27,191 nucleotides of DNA from a virus. Lineage: Duplodnaviria; Caudoviricetes. The position numbers and the translations under genes are program-made. The stretch spans positions 1 through 27,191 of IMG/VR virus record IMGVR_UViG_3300032247_001156; one strand, given 5' to 3'. The notes under the pieces are model-generated. The model saw nothing but the letters and a program-made list of their open reading frames with translations. It searched no databases and was not told the origin of the DNA. Positions 25,743 through 27,191 of the stretch are shown here, in pieces (the stretch's first letter is position 1; every line of letters begins with the position of its first letter).

Positions 25743-25930
25743 CGTGTTTGCAATTCGCCCCAATGTTTCCAATGCGTTCCGGGGCCGTTGCAAACTTGAA
25801 TCCATTGCACTACAGGCACTTACTCAAAACGCGGCTGCTTGGTAGGCAGCGAGTCTGCGACGCGAATTAACCGTCTTTGCTGGGTTTCTTGGCTTTGTAA
25901 CGCGGAGTATTTGCAATCGTGTTTGCAATC
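25743..25930. other. Putative attP: integrase arm-type repeats around a core hairpin
   Basis: CGTGTTTGCAAT at 25743 and 25918, GTATTTGCAAT at 25907, TGTTTCCAAT at 25764 and inverted TTGCAAAC at 25788. Central GCTGC-TTGGTAG-GCAGC at 25834-25850. Lies downstream of the integrase. Confidence 0.65.
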
Positions 25931-26115
25931 TCCGTTCGTTCTTCGATCCCGTATTCGATTGCATGGATACGCGCGTATTCGTCCGTCAGCTCATTGATCC
26001 AATCCTGCAGGGTGTCGAGGCGGATCGTGTTGTCGGCCAATTCCCAATCGTCTCTGAACCGCACGTCTCCCTCGCCGGCCGCTTCGCTGTAGCGTAGATC
26101 GCCGTAGCGTTTCAT
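25867..26115 (-). CDS. Hypothetical acidic protein (82 aa)
   Basis: MKRYGDLRY... starts by ATGA overlap with the integrase stop, after GGAGG. Its tail runs through the arm repeats. Confidence 0.62.
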   Translation of the reverse strand: MKRYGDLRYSEAAGEGDVRFRDDWELADNTIRLDTLQDWINELTDEYARIHAIEYGIEERTEIANTIANTPRYKAKKPSKDG

Positions 26116-27122
26116 CGCCCCGCCTCCCACTTGAGAACCGCGCTGGCCGCAAGGCGCTGCTGATTGACGGCGCGGGCATAAAGCTCGACCATCTGCAGCG
26201 TCTGCCCGGTGATCGCTGAAACCTCGGCCGTGCTGGCGCCCGCCTCGAGCAGGAACACCACTGCCGACTTCCTGAGCCCGTGGAACACGAGGCCCTTGAT
26301 GCAGTCCGGCCGCTGGTCCTGCCACGTCGCCCGGAAGCCCGCTTTCGTCCATGGTCGACCTGACGAGTTGGTCAGGATCGTCACCGCAACCTTGGGAATG
26401 GCGTCAAGCACGGCGCGGAGTTCGCGGTGAAGCGGGATCAGAAGGTGCTTGCCCGTCTTTTCCTGCTTCACCGCGACAGCGCCCCCGCTGATCGCGTCCC
26501 ACCGCATGGCCAGAACGTCGCCCTGCCGCTGGCCCGTGTAGAGCGCGATTTCCATAGCCTGGCGAAGGTCAGGCCGAAGATCGGTGCGTGCCGCCTCGAT
26601 GGCAGTCCACGACCATGGTTGATAGGCCTCGCCACCGCGCAGCATCTTCACTTCGCGGCAGGGATTGTCCCGCCGCCATCCCCGCGGCACCGACCAACCC
26701 AGCATGCTCGACAAGCAGCGCATCAGGTTGTTGGCAGCGGCCGGCGTTCCGGCGTAGGTGTCGCGCAGCGCAATGACATGCTTGGGATCGATACCTTTGA
26801 CTTGTAGCCGCCCCCAAGCGGTATCGACGCGCCTGCAATAGCGGCTCCATTCTGTCTGCGTCTTGGTTCCGAGCGCGGCCCATTCCGGGCTTGCCTGCCA
26901 TGTCTCGATGAGTGCCGTCATGGTGTCCGTCAGCTTGCGTTCGGTGGGGAGTTGCATTAGCCTTGCGTACTCTGACCAGAACCTCGGATCGTCCGGGTCC
27001 GGGAGCCGCAGGCGTTCACTCGCTTGCTCGGTCCCGCGATGGCGCTGCAGGTAGGTGTAGGACTTGCCCAGCCGGTTTTTGACGCTGAACACGTGCGGCG
27101 GCAGCTTGCGCGACGGCGACAT
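26112..27122 (-). CDS. int: Tyrosine recombinase / phage integrase
   Basis: ALYTGQRQGD (R), QEKTG (K), FHGLRKSA (HxxR), ITGQ and MVELYAR (Y). N-terminal arm-binding domain. GGAG RBS. Confidence 0.95.
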   Translation of the reverse strand: MSPSRKLPPHVFSVKNRLGKSYTYLQRHRGTEQASERLRLPDPDDPRFWSEYARLMQLPTERKLTDTMTALIETWQASPEWAALGTKTQTEWSRYCRRVDTAWGRLQVKGIDPKHVIALRDTYAGTPAAANNLMRCLSSMLGWSVPRGWRRDNPCREVKMLRGGEAYQPWSWTAIEAARTDLRPDLRQAMEIALYTGQRQGDVLAMRWDAISGGAVAVKQEKTGKHLLIPLHRELRAVLDAIPKVAVTILTNSSGRPWTKAGFRATWQDQRPDCIKGLVFHGLRKSAVVFLLEAGASTAEVSAITGQTLQMVELYARAVNQQRLAASAVLKWEAGR

Positions 27123-27189
27123 GGGCTACTCCAGCGAGATAGGGGTCTTGCTGCTCGTCGGTGGCCTGATAGACGCCAGCCACCATTCC
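27016..27189 (-). CDS. C-terminal part of the gene upstream of int (possible excisionase; partial)
   Basis: Open frame ...ATDEQQDPYLAGVAH... overlaps the integrase start. Identity inferred from position only. Confidence 0.35.
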   Translation of the reverse strand, partial: GMVAGVYQATDEQQDPYLAGVAHVAVAQAAAARVQRQKPAGQVLHLPAAPSRDRASE

Positions 27190-27191
27190 CC

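Noticed and set aside
25740-25935. CRISPR array or intact tRNA
   Set aside because: Repeats are 8-12 bp and irregularly spaced. There is no full cloverleaf or canonical TTC T-loop.
26200-26225. Integrase TGQ in place of the usual LGH as a sign of inactivation
   Set aside because: R, K, HxxR and Y are intact, and this position is known to vary among tyrosine recombinases.
1-27191. Genome-wide stop-codon reassignment
   Set aside because: TAA, TGA and TAG all terminate credible genes, and core genes are uninterrupted in the standard code.

Overview
GC-rich segment of a temperate, short-tailed (podovirus-type) phage or prophage. The host is probably alphaproteobacterial, inferred from the integrase type and small-gene motifs. 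About 1-20,013 (+) is one late operon: portal C-terminus, GroES-like co-chaperonin, scaffold, Mu-gpT/HMO-2011-like major capsid protein, P22 gp4/gp10-like tail genes, three ejection-type proteins plus a fourth with an ADP-ribosyltransferase-like domain, a 1142-aa mosaic tail fibre, a LamG protein, a fibre chaperone and a lysis cassette. About 20,098-21,713 is a small divergent cassette around a ribbon-helix-helix regulator. About 21,726-27,191 (-) is an early block with HNH, NinB/DUF1367-like, Rmf-like and RecT-like genes, an attP-like site with arm-type repeats, and a tyrosine integrase. The most unusual feature is three antisense genes embedded in the virion operon, each converging on a host-contacting virion gene: a 33-aa membrane peptide, a 68-aa ORF behind the ART gene, and a SAM methyltransferase behind the LamG gene. 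All family calls come from motif recognition by eye, with no database searches.
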